NCBI RefSeq assembly: GCF_046119375.1
Contig: NW_027362773.1
Coordinates: 94,302,001 to 94,366,000, forward strand
Direction: 5' to 3'
Origin: Phyllobates terribilis
Taxonomy: Eukaryota
DNA length: 64,000 bases
Position numbers and translations under genes: made by a program
Part shown: positions 14,081 to 27,619 of the stretch, in pieces
Numbering within the stretch: the first letter of the stretch is position 1
Layout of the letters: every line of letters starts with the position of its first letter
The notes under the pieces: generated by a model
Seen by the model: only the letters and a program-made list of their open reading frames with translations
Told to the model about the DNA's origin: nothing
Databases searched by the model: none

Positions 14081-16685
14081 CTGGTGAGAAAAAAAAAATT
14101 CTATTTCTAGATTGATGGTTCAGAGAAGTTGTGGGGAAGCCACAGACCACTGCAGATAACAGCTGTTTCCGGAAGTCCCACAGTGGATATATTGGTCCAA
14201 GATCCGACGGCTCGCGGGGGATAACATATACCAGCGCTGTCACAGTGATCAAGAGATCAGAAAGTCCTAACGTCTCAGCAGAAATATTAACTTTTCATTA
14301 TTTTTCAGAAGACGGGATAAACATTCCTGCCTCCAATTTCAGAGTTTGGAATATGGATTTCTGAACAGTCCTGATTTATAAGGGACCATTGTAAACACGT
14401 TTACTTAAAGGGACGGTCCCAACTCAACCCCATTCTTAGAATAAGTGACGGAACCTTTTTCTGAGCTGCAAAACATTTCATGTATCCAATTTAGTTTTTT
14501 GGGGTTTTTATTGGGCACTAGCGCATGGTCAGAAAACTAGGAGGTATTCAGAGACGCCTTTAGCAAAAATGGATCCATTCAAAATGGGAAAACAAAACCA
14601 AACAAACAAACCGGATACAAATGGAAACCAAATGTCTCGTTTCTAATCAGATCAGTTTGATGGATCCGTATAAAAAATGGAAACTTAAATTTGGTTTAGT
14701 ATCTTTCTGAATTAATTTTCTTACAAGTCCGTTTTTCTTTCCGCTGGCTCCGTTGCCAATAGATCCCAAGTGGACATGTGAACAGAGCCGAACACCCAGA
14801 TGTCAATTTATGGAAACATTTTCAGGAGTAAAAACACAGGAACAGAACGACACAGATTTATTTGTTTCTGCCATGACATAACATCTCATACAGTATTTAT
14901 TAAAACATAAAACAGACCGAAGAGCGAACAGATCCTCTTTAGTAGTGCCCATACATGACAGATAAGAATTGGTTAATCTGGACCCTTTTACCCATGGATT
15001 TATGAGCAGATGCTGATTACTGTACGTTGTATGGTCTGTCCTATGTCTGCAGAGATCCTGTAAGGAGATGTCCAACCTTCTAGGATCTTGGTTGGTTCAG
15101 GGCAGTAAACTTTTATTGTACTGTGTATGGGCAGTTTAAAGGGGTTTTACATTTCCAAAAAATGGTCCTCAAATGATTGGATACTATTAATAAAAAAACC
15201 AAAAAAAAAAAAACACAAAAAACCCAGATCGTACTCACGCTCCCTTCATCCAACGTTGGTTCTCTGCTGCAGTTTTGGACTCTGAGTTTTGGCTGTATGG
15301 CGATGCATAACCGCTGCAGCCAATCATTGAGCTCAGCACCTTCTGCAGTCTACAGCAGAGCCACTCATCTCCGGGATGATGTGCGCTGTAGTCGTGACAA
15401 AACACAGTGACCGGAGCAGCGGCAAACTACCACTGGACCCAAGAAGAGCAAGAACCATCTCGGTTTGTTGTTTTCAGTATACAATCATTTGAGAACTACT
15501 TTTTTTGGAAAGTGGAAAACTCCTATGAAAAAAGTTACAATAGTTAGTACAAGAAAAAAAAAGTTAGTAGGTTAACACCAAACACCATGACACTACACCA
15601 CAAGCCACAGTCCCTTCGCCAAATGCCGAAAAACACATTCCAATATTACCTGCCATATACCGAAGGTATCGGAGCCCACGGGGGAGGGGAAAACGAAAAA
15701 CTTTCCAAGGATTTTTTCCTACTTTACACACAGACACGGGATGTCCCATCTCTCTGATATCGGGAGACTGGAGATTCAGAACCACCTCTCCATTAGCATG
15801 ACCTGGCATCCACCTTACCAGACAACCAGGGAAGGTGGGTTCACCCAAAAATGCCAGAGATTTAAGGGATTTTCATAAGGAAATAATATAATAGAACATA
15901 TAAAAAATGATGACTCAAGGACCTTAATGACCCAGTGATCGAAGGATCACTAGAGGGATGGAGACATATGGCAGATAGGGACTGGAATGTGTTCTCTGCC
16001 CAACTAGACACCAACGATTCCAGCTGAACACCAGTCCATGCACGGGGGGGCTGCGGCCGCTTACCCTCTGATGATTGGTGATGAGGAACGTACTCTCTGT
16101 GCTGCTGAGGCCCTGAGAGTGGCATCATGGGAAAAATATAATGCGGTTAGTAACGGTGCACAAATTAAAGCATACGCAATAAAAAACAGGTTAGAGGATG
16201 AGAAGCTGATGGGGTCGTTACAGAAACGCGTACAAAGCAGAATTCTCTACCTTCCTGAAAATACGTGCAGGAAAAGTTCTGCTTTTCTAATATCCTTGGT
16301 TTATCAATATTAGATTTTAAAAGATCTCTTCTCGCCGTCATTGGATGGAAATATTTATTGGTTACTTCCAAAAAGATGGGAATCTGTCCTGGTCATGTGC
16401 AAGTCAGTGCGCCTCTGTGATGGTATGACCAGGACTATTCAACGACAGCAAGAAGGGATCTTATAACCCGACTGATAGACAACTGATACATGAAGGATAT
16501 TGGAAAGTCACAGAACTTTTCATAACAAGTGAAGAAGGAGACTGCAATAGCAGGAGGCCGGTCAATGAATTGCTTACAATCCTTGCGAGATTAGCTGTGC
16601 ACCACAAGGATGATGGTTTAATAGTTAACATTTTTCTTCCAAGATTTTTAGAGTTATGCAGGGTCATCTGAACTTGCAGAATTAA

Positions 16686-17241
16686 AAGGGGGTTTCCCAC
16701 AAACAAAAAGTTGATTTTAATCAATAGATCTTGGAATAATAATAATTTCCACAATTGGATGTGTTTAAATAAAATGTTCCTGTGCTGAGATAATCTTATA
16801 AATGAGCCCCTGCTGTGTACTGTGTAATGTCTGACCGTACAGGAACATGATCATACCACATCTCCTAGGCAGGGGAGGAAGCAAAAGAGAGTATACAGAC
16901 AGCACAGCAGGTGATTACAGCTGATTCTTTTTGTGAAGTAAAGCATTTCCCTGCCTGTTTTTAAAAAATGTTGTACCTTAAAAAAAAAAAAAAAAATTAT
17001 TTGTGATCCCCTGCTGTCCTGTCTGTATACTCTTTTGCTTCCTCCCCCTGCCCAGGAGATTTGGGAGGATCAGACTATGTTCCTGCACGGTCAGACACAG
17101 CCATTACACAGTACACAGCAGGGGCACATTAAAAAAAGTTTTCCTGTGCTGAGATAATCTTATAAAACATCCAATTGTGTAAATTATTATTATTCCAAGA
17201 TCTATTGATTAAAATGAACTTTTGCTCATGGCACAACCCCT
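16686..17241. mobile_element. T2/Kolobok-like MITE with long inverted ends
   Basis: TTAA-AGGGG ... CCCCT-TTAA; the block ttttaatcaatagatcttggaataataataatt is inverted at both ends. Confidence 0.85.
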
Positions 17242-18794
17242 TTAACGATGGGCAGACTTCGTGCAGAAATTGGGGAAACTGAATGAAGCCTGTAAAAGTC
17301 CACGCAGCTACATTCTGCAAGAAATCTGCTCTCACCCCAGGACATAAAGCATCGGAGTAGAGTCATGTGTACATGCTGGACAAGCACATTATTGGGGAAG
17401 ATGCATAAAAACAAGGTCATGCAAAAATCATTAGAGTGTTATCCTAAAAGTGCAAAAACCATCGACATCAAATCCACACTGAGCATTATAGAGTGGCTAC
17501 AGGTCATTGGTATCCGAGCCAGATACGATCAGCTGGGGCAGAATTAGAGGATTCTTGCTGTGGATTCTGCACCAACGCCATGGAGGCAGATTACGTTCTC
17601 GTGTCCTATATGTAGATCTCAAAGTTTTCCTGCAGGGACTTTAGATTTGCAGTCATGAGGGACAGGATATCCTAACATGACATTACATGGAGGGTTGAGG
17701 TGCCCTAGATCCCTGATGAGCCCCCATTTCTACTGCATCAGGACTGTCGCTTGAATTAGGAGAGAAACTTGTTTTTTTCTTTTTTGGTGGAGGATATGGT
17801 GCTTAGAAGCAGCTCCCAATAGCCAAGAACAGGCACAAGATTCCTTAGACGAGTGATCTTTAAGCAGTGACTCTCCAGCTGTTTGCAAAAACTAGAACTC
17901 ACAGCATGTTGGGAGTTGTAGTTTTGCACCAGCTTAATAAATAGCGGTTGAAGAATGGAGCCTTAGGCTAGAAACCTGCTCATATTCACCTATGAGACAG
18001 GACAGGCAGAGTTCAGACCGCTATACACATATGTGTTTGCTCCACTCACCTCTGGCACCCCATATCTCCAGGGTGGTGTATTACACAGGTAAAAGCCCCT
18101 TCTGACAACATTTGCTACTTTTTGATAAGGGAAGGCTAGGGAATCCTTAATAATTGGGGATCAGATCCGGTGCAAAGTGCAGAGAACGATCTACAATCCA
18201 CGGCCGGATTTTGGAAAGCAATTAAAAATTTGTAATAAACCTCAATCTGATCTGAGTTACTAATCCAATTATCGTGTACAGAACAAATAGCAGACAGAAC
18301 TTATAGACACCTGGGTGCTGGAGCGATCAGAAAGGGAAAGGTTTGTGGTTGTAGCGAAGATGTAAACAAAAACAAAACACTTTGGGTCAATATTTGCAAA
18401 AACTTCAAACATTTCGTCTGTAGTAGAAAACGTTCACAATTGCTGATCACAGGGAAATAAAAACACAGTCATCACACGCAGCGGACATCCTGCCCCCACC
18501 GTTAACCCTCTCAGCACCACAGACACACAAGCACAAACATCGGTAGTGCAGACGGTAACACTGCCGTCCCCGATCGGATATCACTGGTCGGTAGTGTCAT
18601 AACTCTGTGGTTACTGAACGGAGGCCGCAATTATAAATCATTGCCATCAGTCTGAAGAGCCTCCCAGGTAGGTAATAACTACAGCTATCATGTTTGGAGG
18701 CCGTCCAGACCCAGAGCTTTCTAAAAGACATCAGTCAGTGCGTAAGGAAGACCCATAGAAAACCAGATAATTAATGGGATTTTTCTGGTTATGT

Positions 18795-19045
18795 GTATCT
18801 TATTATACTCCAGAGCTGCACTCACTATTCTGCTGGTGCAGTCACTATGTACATACATTACATTACTGATCCTGCACTGATCCTGAGTTACATCCTGTAT
18901 TGTCCTCCAGAGCTGCACTCACTATTCTGCTGGTGCAGTCACTGTGTATATACATTACATTACTGATCCTGAGTTACATCCTGTATTATACTCCAGAGCT
19001 GCACTCACTATTCTGCTGGTGGAGTCACTCTGTACATACATTACA
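18795..19045. repeat. Tandem array of an about 85-bp unit (about 3 copies)
   Basis: Repeated tactccagagctgcactcactattctgctggtgcagtcact...tacatacattacattactgatcctg. Confidence 0.9.
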
Positions 19046-19128
19046 GGTCTCCATCTGCATTTGCGGGACAGTTTAAAAACTCCAAAACACACGAAAAAAA
19101 ATAAAAACAAATGTAAAAGTGCACTCAC

Positions 19129-19202
19129 CTCGGAGTTACTGGGAACAATCTCGGAATCAGCATTAGAGTTGATCTCGTACAGCGGTCCACTGAGGTCTTC
19201 GC
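19129..19202 (-). CDS. ano5: Anoctamin-5 coding exon 2, 74 nt
   Basis: ccttgttctag|GC...GAG|gtgagt, phase 1 to 0, which joins exon 1 (phase 1) to the phase-0 downstream exons. Encodes GEDLSGPLYEINSNADSEIVPSNSE. Assigned by splice signals and frame, not by a strong motif. Confidence 0.8.
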
Positions 19203-20089
19203 CTAGAACAAGGTACAGAACAGAGTTAGGTGGCAGATTTATATACAAGATCCCGCTGTTCCATCCCGCGATCAAATCTTTAGACACTTTTGTGAATTAA
19301 TGATCTGAATTCCAAAGAAAGCAAAAAAGTACGACATGAAGACACAAAGAATGACACAAAGACAAAGGGGGAAGACTTCACAAAAGTACCTGTAAGGTAA
19401 AAGCGGAATGATCGCACAAAGCAAATGATCAGACGGACAGCACAATGTGGTAGAATTCGGTTTACTCTGCCTTTGCCGTAGAGACCACTTGGACACTCGG
19501 CTGAGCATTCATATCTATGGGGGGAGTCGGAGGAGATAACACTTGCTTGGCCGTGAGTCATCTAAGGTTTATGGGCATCTTTAGATTTTTATGCTGCATT
19601 TATCTGTATCTAGAAGATCTGGTTGCCTGGCCACAAGGGGACATTACCCTTAAAAGGGATAGGGGATAACTTCACGATCTCTGGGGGTCCGACCGCTGGA
19701 ACCCCTACTGGTCCTATGTACCGGGAATCTTGAATGGAGCAGGAGTCAATCATCCGCACCTCCACTCATTCTCCATGGGGCCACTGGAGCTAACCGAGCG
19801 CAGCACTTGGCTGGTCTTTAAGAATGAATAATGGAGCAGAGGTGCGCATGATCAACCATCGCTCAAGTAGTCACAAGAGCCTGGTTTTTGAGATCGGTCG
19901 GGGTCCCAGCGGACCTTCAGAAACTGAAGTTATCCTCTATCAAGGGGATAGTTTTTGAACTTGGTACAATCCCTTCAAATGGTCCAATTATACAGGAAGA
20001 TTTCAGCCCATAAACAAGAACTGATTGACTATATGCACAAGGTGGTCAATTCACACAGCCTAATAAATCTATATGGGGGCAGAATAATC

Positions 20090-20520
20090 ATTATTTGGAC
20101 CGGCTAGTCCCCCGCTTGTCTGCAGCACATCCCTGATTACTCAGGACGATCCGCTGCTTCCAACAAGGATGATCTTTATGCCAGCATAAATGATCCCATG
20201 TAAATGAACTTAAAAGTCTCCCAATAGGGAAGACAAGTCTGGAAAGCATGGGCGACATTGCTGGGGTGAGCCCTTTAACCACTCTGCGTTTTGGAGTCCC
20301 TAGAGGTCAAGGGTCATACACCCTTAGTGCCGTCTTAGGGACATCTATGGGAAAGAGTTGTTCAATTATGACAGTTTTATGAATGTTACAGACAGACAAG
20401 AAAATATTTATTATAGAAAAGAGCCAAGACACAGAAGACGAGTCAGTGCGGGTTAGTACGATACCTGGAGAATCGGGAGTCTTGATTTCGGTAAGCACAG
20501 AAATGTCGTCTTTAAACAAA
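20090..20520 (-). mobile_element. Possible ancient L1/Tx1 reverse-transcriptase remnant
   Basis: xDDIxxL-like (FKDDISVL) and LLSSFTW-like segments in short minus-strand ORFs; weak. Confidence 0.3.
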
Positions 20521-22837
20521 ACGGTAAATTTAGAGCGTTAGAATAGTTAGCAACAAAAGCAGCAAGCAAAAAAAAAAACCTAAAGGTTTTTTTATTTTAT
20601 TTATTATTCTTAGAAATAGAAGTAGATGCAGGGAGCAACAAAACGGGCAGGGGGCGCAATATAAGACAGGGCTCACAAAGAGACAGTCAGTAGGTTGGCT
20701 AAGGAGGGATAGACATGGGGCTCACAGATTTTGTACAGCCGATATAGAGCATCCACAGTGGTCTACATGGATATGGAAGCATGTAGACAGAATGTAACCC
20801 GGTCACCCAGCCGTGCCAAAGCCAACAGCCCCATTCCCCAACGACGCGCGACCGGTTTCTGGGGTATTGACGTGGCAAAGTGTTAAGAGGTTTTTATGCA
20901 AAATGTTGAGTTTACCTTTAAAATTTCAGAAATGTTTCATTTAACAGTATTTTCTATCTTGGGATACATTGTACATCTAATAACGTTTACAAATTAGGAT
21001 AGAATTTCATAAATATTTGTATCAGTGACATTAACAACATGAGAACTGAACATCTGATTGGATTATGTGGGTCAAACCGCGTTCCTTCTGTTCTCGTCTC
21101 CCTGGGATTTACGGTCACTGTGCAGCGGATAAGTCGTCTCCATCGAGATGTTGAATTTATTGACTTAGTCACCGAGCAGAAGGAGAAGAATAGAGACGCC
21201 CGACAAGACACAGTGACCCTAATTCCTGCACACATCACAATGTTATCTAGTGAGGCCAGGAAGCCTTCACAACAGCCACAGTCCATAAAATGAACGTCTC
21301 GATGAGGAGCCGGCCCTGCTCGCCGTTGTGATTACTGCTGAGGCCAGAGACCATCTATTTCTGGAGTCTATTAGCCGCTCGATATCCTGCACAGGCTTCT
21401 GGGAAGAGTCACTTAAGATGCAGCCTTTACAGTATGCTATGGCATCCAACCCACGGGCTGATCTCATCTTATTAAAGTGAACCTCTTAAAGGAACATTGA
21501 ACCTAGAAAAGCGTGATCCTATTCACAAGCAAAGATGCCAACTGCACTTCTAATTTGTCTGCAGTATTTTCTGCATGATCCTGAAACAGTCAGTCTTGTA
21601 GCAATCCTATAGGGAACACAGGGGTTAATCTCCTGTGGATCAGATCCATCCTTAGCTAGTGGACAGAAGCCCTGTTCTCTTAGCCAAGGGGGTGGTGCTG
21701 AAGACAATGCAGAGGGGAGAGGTTCAGCAGTGGCCGGATGTAACCGATGTGACCGTGCGGACCACCACAGCTCCGTCACTCCACTCTCGGGTGCTGCGAA
21801 ATGATGTTCATCTTCGTCACATGTTAACATCCAACAGCGGCTAGCAGCTGATCGATAGGGGTGTCGGACCCCCACCAATCGGATATTGTCCACCTATCCC
21901 AATATCGAAGTAGTGGAAAATCACTAAGTAGAATAAAGAGGCTTAATGGTTAGCATGATCGTCTCTAAGCACTTGAAGTCGTGGTTTCATATCCAGCCAA
22001 GGGCCATTATGCTCTTTCTATGCTTTTCTTCCAGGTTCCTCCTAAAACATTCTAGACTTCTTTGAAAAGTACACCCCAAATGTGATCGATTACATTGGGA
22101 GGTCCTGATACACTAGGGAATAAAAGGGCTTCATTACATAAGGGAAAGAGGGCGAGGGTCCGGCCACTTGGCTCCACCATCTCAGCTTGAAACACTCAGC
22201 TAAATGGTGCTTTTGGCTGACGACCATCAACCTCAACGCTCCTAATTAAAGTGTACATTAGGCACAATCCCTCAATCCAGTAGATGGGGTATTGCCTATA
22301 CTGCCAAACTGTGTAGAATAATACTGCCAATAGGGAATCACTGCAGATTACGGTCTCTTTAACAACCCGCACAGTAGTGAAGAGCATAGACTGTATGAAT
22401 TGCTGAACCTCACCATGCGTAATATGGGTCATAAACTTCAAGTACAGTCTATCGAGAGGCCAATAAAACTTAATGTTACTGCTTCTTATCTTAGTTTATA
22501 CTAGGAGGCCTCTATGACCCAGGCAGCGCTACACAAGCAGAGGACACCGGAGATTACAGGTCACATGAAAGACCTAGGACTAGATCAATGGGCTTCACAC
22601 TATATGGAAAGAGTGAATATGGGTCAGTGCTGGTGATTGCACAATGCAAGTTCATACAGAGTGATGACGCGGGGGTAACAATCAAGGGGAAGGGGGGTGG
22701 GGGTAACAATCAAAATAATAATTGTAAAGTGCTGTGGAATATGATGCCGCTAAATAAATAAAAAATTTAGTGGGGACATGTACAGACAATAAATTCAATA
22801 TTAGGTAAGACAGTTTAAACAGTGACATTAGGAGTGC

Positions 22838-23180
22838 GGGTTTGTGCACACGATCCTTTCTGGCAGCGCTTTGAACGCAGTAAACATTATGCTTCATCAT
22901 GGATTCAAGGCATCCTATACATTGAACTGATAGAATTTCTCTTGCGGAGACTAGCGTCTCTGCAAGAGAAATTGACGCGCGGAGGTCTGTGAAGACGTGC
23001 CACATGTCCGTCTCCGCGGGTGATCCGCAGGAGCACGAAGACGCATAGTGGACATGGGATTTCTTGAAATCCCATCCACTATGCTGTAACATCTGGACGA
23101 AGCGGATTGCACGCAGCGAAGATGCACTGCGTCCAAACCGCAGCCATTCCTGACCGTGTGCACGTACCCTGAGGGTCCTG
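22838..23180. mobile_element. PIF/Harbinger-like MITE
   Basis: Imperfect inverted ends gggtttgtgcacacg / cgtgtgcacgtaccc. Confidence 0.55.
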
Positions 23181-23704
23181 CTCGCAAGCTTACAATCTAC
23201 AAGGAAATAGGGGGGACACAATGGGTGAAAAGTGCTTGCTATTAAAGGTCCAGCAATTCTGGTCTTACTCCCTCTTCTCTTATGCACAGATATGCGAGTT
23301 GCACTGCAATATTTTTTTTGAAGCCTATATCTGGACCTCGTTTTAACTGTATGGAGGCACTGTTCTCCTGTTCTGGTGTTCATCTGAACCCAGCTCTTTT
23401 ACTGTATTTGTATGAATTTTGTCTAATAATTGATTGACTTTTGGATCTTTCTATGACTCTTATTTGGTGCGTTGTAGGTTAGTTATATAATATGAGTCTT
23501 GATCCACAATGAATATTGTTGCCCTGACCCTCTTTCGGTTCCAATTATAATAAATAGGAATTTTCATATAAAGCTGCATGATCCGGTCGTCAGTCAGTAT
23601 GTTTAAAGTGCAATTATCAAATATGTAGTGCAGTTATCGTGTGCATGGAGGGTGTGAAGACAGATGAAGAGGAAGGAGGGAGCAGATTCTGAATAATATT
23701 TAGA

Positions 23705-24350
23705 AGGAGGGAACAGGGGAAAGTTAGTTCACCGAGTAGTTAAGGTGGTAGGCTTGTTTAAAGAAATGTTTTTTTAAAGCGCGCTTTAAGACATTGGGGC
23801 TAGGCATCAGTCGGATAGTGTGGGGTAGAGCATTCCAGAGAATTAGAGCAGCACGAGAGAAGTCTTAGAGACGGAGTTGCGAGGTTTGGATTATGGGGGA
23901 TGTTAGCCTTAGGTCATTTGTAGAACGGAGGGCACGTGTAGGCGATAGACAGAGATGAGAGAGGAGATATAAGGCGGTGCAGAACTGTGGAGAGCTTTGT
24001 GGGCGAGAGCGATGAGTTTATATTGGAACCTGTAGCGAATGGGTAACCAGTGTAATGACTGGCACAAGATGGAGGAATCTGTGAAGTGGCTGGACAGAAA
24101 TCCGAAATACGACCCTGGCTGCCGCATTCAGGACGGATTGGAGAGGAGAAAGTTTGGTAAGAGGGAGACCGATCAGAACAGAGTAGCAGTAGTCCAGACG
24201 AGAGTGAATAAGAGCGACAGTAAGAGTTTTAGCAGTTTCAATGGTGAGAAAACGTCGGATTCTTGAGATGTTATTAAGATGCAGGTGACTAGAGCGAGTG
24301 AGTGATCGGATATGGGGAGTAAAGGAAAGTTCTGTGTCAAATATAACTCT
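23705..24350 (-). mobile_element. L2-clade LINE 3' fragment
   Basis: SLHWLPIRYRFQYKLIALAHKALHSSAPPYISSLISVY is typical of the L2 ORF2 C-terminus. Confidence 0.85.
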
Positions 24351-24684
24351 AAGGGGGTCCTTTTTTCTATGATCTCCAGAGTTTCAAAACAAGAGAACCC
24401 CTTTAAAAAGGGTGGGAGGGGGTCCTCTCAAAGTTCCAGGTGTTAAATGAAGTCTGTCAGCTCCTCTCTGCTTAATAATGTAATAGTAGAGCTGAGTAGG
24501 GGGCTTCATCAGAACATTGTGGCGAGAGAGAAATCTAAAAAGTTCCAAAACTGCAAGAGCACGGTTGGCAGTACCAGGCACAGCAAGTGATCAGTAAGCC
24601 CTGCCACATGGTTTGGATTGACTGCTCCTGTGTTAGTCACCCTGTTTAGAGCTGAAATCTTGTGCAGTTACAGAACTATCTTAA

Positions 24685-25214
24685 AGGGAATCTGTCGGGT
24701 CATTTTTACCTACCCTAATAATGGTATCCTGAAATAGGGCTTGGGCAGCCCTTTCAGGATAAGCAACTTATTTTTGTACGTTGCCCTGTTGTGTTGCTGT
24801 AAGCCCCGGAAAACGTATTGTCGTGCGCCAGCAAGTGAAGCATATGTAAATGCCAAATGAATGTTCACCCCTTCCCCCGCCCATAATCCCACCCACCCCT
24901 CTGTGCCGGCGTCACTGATTCAGGTAGACTACTGAGTTACTCGCCCGAGGATCGCATCGCAATCCTCGGACTGGCCGGCGGCTCTCCTGACCTGAGCGTG
25001 ACAGCATCTATTTCTATGCAGCTGTTCCTTTCAGGTCAGAAGAGCAGACGGCCAGTCCGAGCATTGTGATGCGATCCTCGGGTGAGTAACATGGCTGACT
25101 GCTCACAATCAGGGATGCCGGTGCACAGGGCTGCATATCCTGAAAGGGCTGATCAAGCACTATTTCAGGATACTATTAGTAGGGTAGCAAAAAAAATTAC
25201 CTGACAGATTCCCT
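24685..25214. mobile_element. T2/Kolobok-like MITE
   Basis: ttaa-AGGGAATCTGTC ... GACAGATTCCCT with internal inverted repeats. Confidence 0.8.
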
Positions 25215-25362
25215 CTAAGGGTGTACAGCACATGAAGCATCACTGACTACGGTGCCCACAACGAAAACAGCAGTGTGCCGTTTAGTGAAGAGAAGGATGA
25301 AGCAGTGAAATGAGCAGGAGTGGAGATTGCATAGAAGAACTGAGCACTTGCTCGGTCAGGAC

Positions 25363-25689
25363 CAGGACTGTGGAGTCGGAGCCGATTTTGGTGGAGTTGG
25401 AGTCAGTATAAAATGGACCGACTCCTAAAATATATAATACATTGGACACAGTAGTACAATGTAGGATGTGCTGTAAATGTTTTCATAATAATTTGGGAAA
25501 GTTATAAAATGTCCTATAAATGTCTGTTCTGTTCCTGATCTAAGGATCTCGGCTTTTAGTGGAGATGAATCTGTGCTGCACTTCATGTCCATGCTCAGTA
25601 GTGACCAGGGCTGTGGAGTCAGAGTCATGGAGTTGGAGTCAGGGAAATTGAGGAGTTGGGAGGTTTGGCTTACTGACTCCACAGCCCTG
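25363..25689. mobile_element. hAT-like MITE, copy 1
   Basis: TIR CAGG(G/A)CTGTGGAGTC; 8-bp TSD matches at 6/8 (gtcaggac/ctaaggac). Confidence 0.75.
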
Positions 25690-26582
25690 CTAAGGACTGC
25701 CCCCTTGGCAAATTATTAGCATGCAGGATAGAAGTATGAACGATCTCTCTCAAATCCCATAAAAGTTGTATGTTTACAATTCAGTTTACACCTGGCCATA
25801 CAAATTAAAGATAGCTATTGGTTGACATCAAATCTCTCCTGACAACCCCATAAACAGGAATGCATAGCTTGGCTGAGAGCTCCTGTGTTTTCTATGAAAG
25901 ATCCACTGCCAAAATCATCTGGCAGCAGCTTCTCTCACTGCCAATCAGAAGTATTCGGCAATGGATTGGGTGTTTAGAGTTCAATCGTTCAGATCTTTTG
26001 TCCCCTGACAATCTGTAGACAGTCGGGAGGCCGCCATACACATCACATGGTCAGTCGATCCCAAAGAATCAGACAGGTATTAACATATCTAACGTGTATG
26101 GAGGCCTTTAAGGATCCTATCTAACACACTATTCGGGGGTGGGTGCACATGACTTTTTAACGAGGTGGAAAAAAAGAAAAGGGGACTCGTTGTTCAGACA
26201 TAGAAATGTTCATTATTTTCCAGGTGGAGTAGAAGCGCTTGGGAAAAAAAAAAAAAAAACCATGGTGTGCACATAAAAGAAATCAGGCTAATTTATAATC
26301 CATAAAACTCAAGTTTAAAAGAGTACTTTTTCTAAACGTCTTCATGTTTTGTTCAACCGATGTAACAATACCCAGTCTCCACTGCCTGCATCAGTAAAAC
26401 TAGGAGGCGCTCCCACTGATACAGACTGTCAGTCTTAAAGACATTGGCAATATTTACATTTTTTTTCCTCCAATTGTTGCAAGTCCACAAGTCACCAAGT
26501 TTCCCATTATTAAACATGGCAAGCACTGGATTTCTGCACAGATATTTTGCATTGGCAACAGGAAAGATATTGGTATAAAAAT

Positions 26583-26913
26583 CAGGGCTGTGGAGTCTGT
26601 GTCCATTTTGGTGGAGTCAGTTGCAGTCGGTATAAAATGGACCGACTCAGACTTCTAAAATATATAATAAATTGGGTACAATAGTTCAATGCAGTTTGTG
26701 GGGAATATTTTTTCATAAGAATTTGGGAAAGTTATGAAATGTCCTATAAATGTCTGTCCTATTCCTGATCTAAGGGTCTGGACTTTTAGCTGAGATGAAT
26801 CTGTGCTACAGTGAATTTATCACTTAAACATGAGCCGTGTATGAGGGAGTCGTGGAGTCGGTGTCATGGAAATTGAGGAGTCGGAAGTTTGGCTTACCGA
26901 CTCCACAGCCCTG
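26583..26913. mobile_element. hAT-like MITE, copy 2 (direct orientation to copy 1)
   Basis: CAGGGCTGTGGAGTC ... GACTCCACAGCCCTG; body homologous to 25363-25689. Confidence 0.75.
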
Positions 26914-27619
26914 AAAAAGGACCCCAGACTTACTTACAGGAGCTGTATACTTTTATAAATTTATATCTTGGAGGAAGAAGTGGTGACAACTCCACAACAA
27001 AATGCCAAATTTATGCAGCATAAACTGAGAACCTGTTCTTCTGCATCTGAAAGAGCAAAATCCCTGGCAGCCCTTCTGGTATGAATAAGCAACAATGTAT
27101 CGATCTCTCTGCTACACTGTAATTAGTCTCCAGCAAATGAATAACTCCAATCAAGAAGAGATAAATTGAAGATAGGATTCTGACAGTATCACATGGATAT
27201 GGATATCGCTGGTAAATAAGCAGGGACATTATAGAACAAAGCAAAAAAATAAATAGGAAAATGATAAAGTATGAAAAAAGTATAAGTGACAAATATTTAT
27301 ATATGATTTTTCTGCATTACAAACGTGTATCAGTCAGACTATGGCGGCATTATGGATTCTGCAGAGTCATAAGGTTTTTAGGGATATGATGACCAGTTCC
27401 AACATCCAAAGGTCAGTAAAAGTCACTGATAGTCTCGTCACACGACAGATTACAGTAAGATAAAAGCGGGAATAAGGACCAAGCTTCTTATCTCTACAGT
27501 ATTTATCTATACCATGTGATGAAATAAACGCTCTCTCAAGAAATCCCAGAAAAAAAAACAACACACTTTACCTTGCTGAGCAATCCCTAAAGATAAGAAC
27601 ATTCTCATACATTACAGAC

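Noticed and set aside
15560-16630. Stretch that looks like decayed coding sequence
   Set aside because: No identifiable motif in any frame; probably an old retroelement, needs a translated search.
17337-17455. Minus-strand segment with AG and GT flanks (MTLFLCIFPNN...)
   Set aside because: Not frame-compatible evidence for ano5 and no similarity to anoctamins.
17712-17745. CTGATGAG hammerhead core start
   Set aside because: No helix II or GAAA downstream.
19272-19561. Strong acceptor near 19392 and a hydrophobic ORF upstream of exon 2
   Set aside because: Splicing from exon 1 hits a stop before exon 2; no donor; composition is low-complexity.
22682-23383. 233-aa minus-strand ORF
   Set aside because: Runs across a Harbinger-like MITE and flanking DNA; no recognisable domain.
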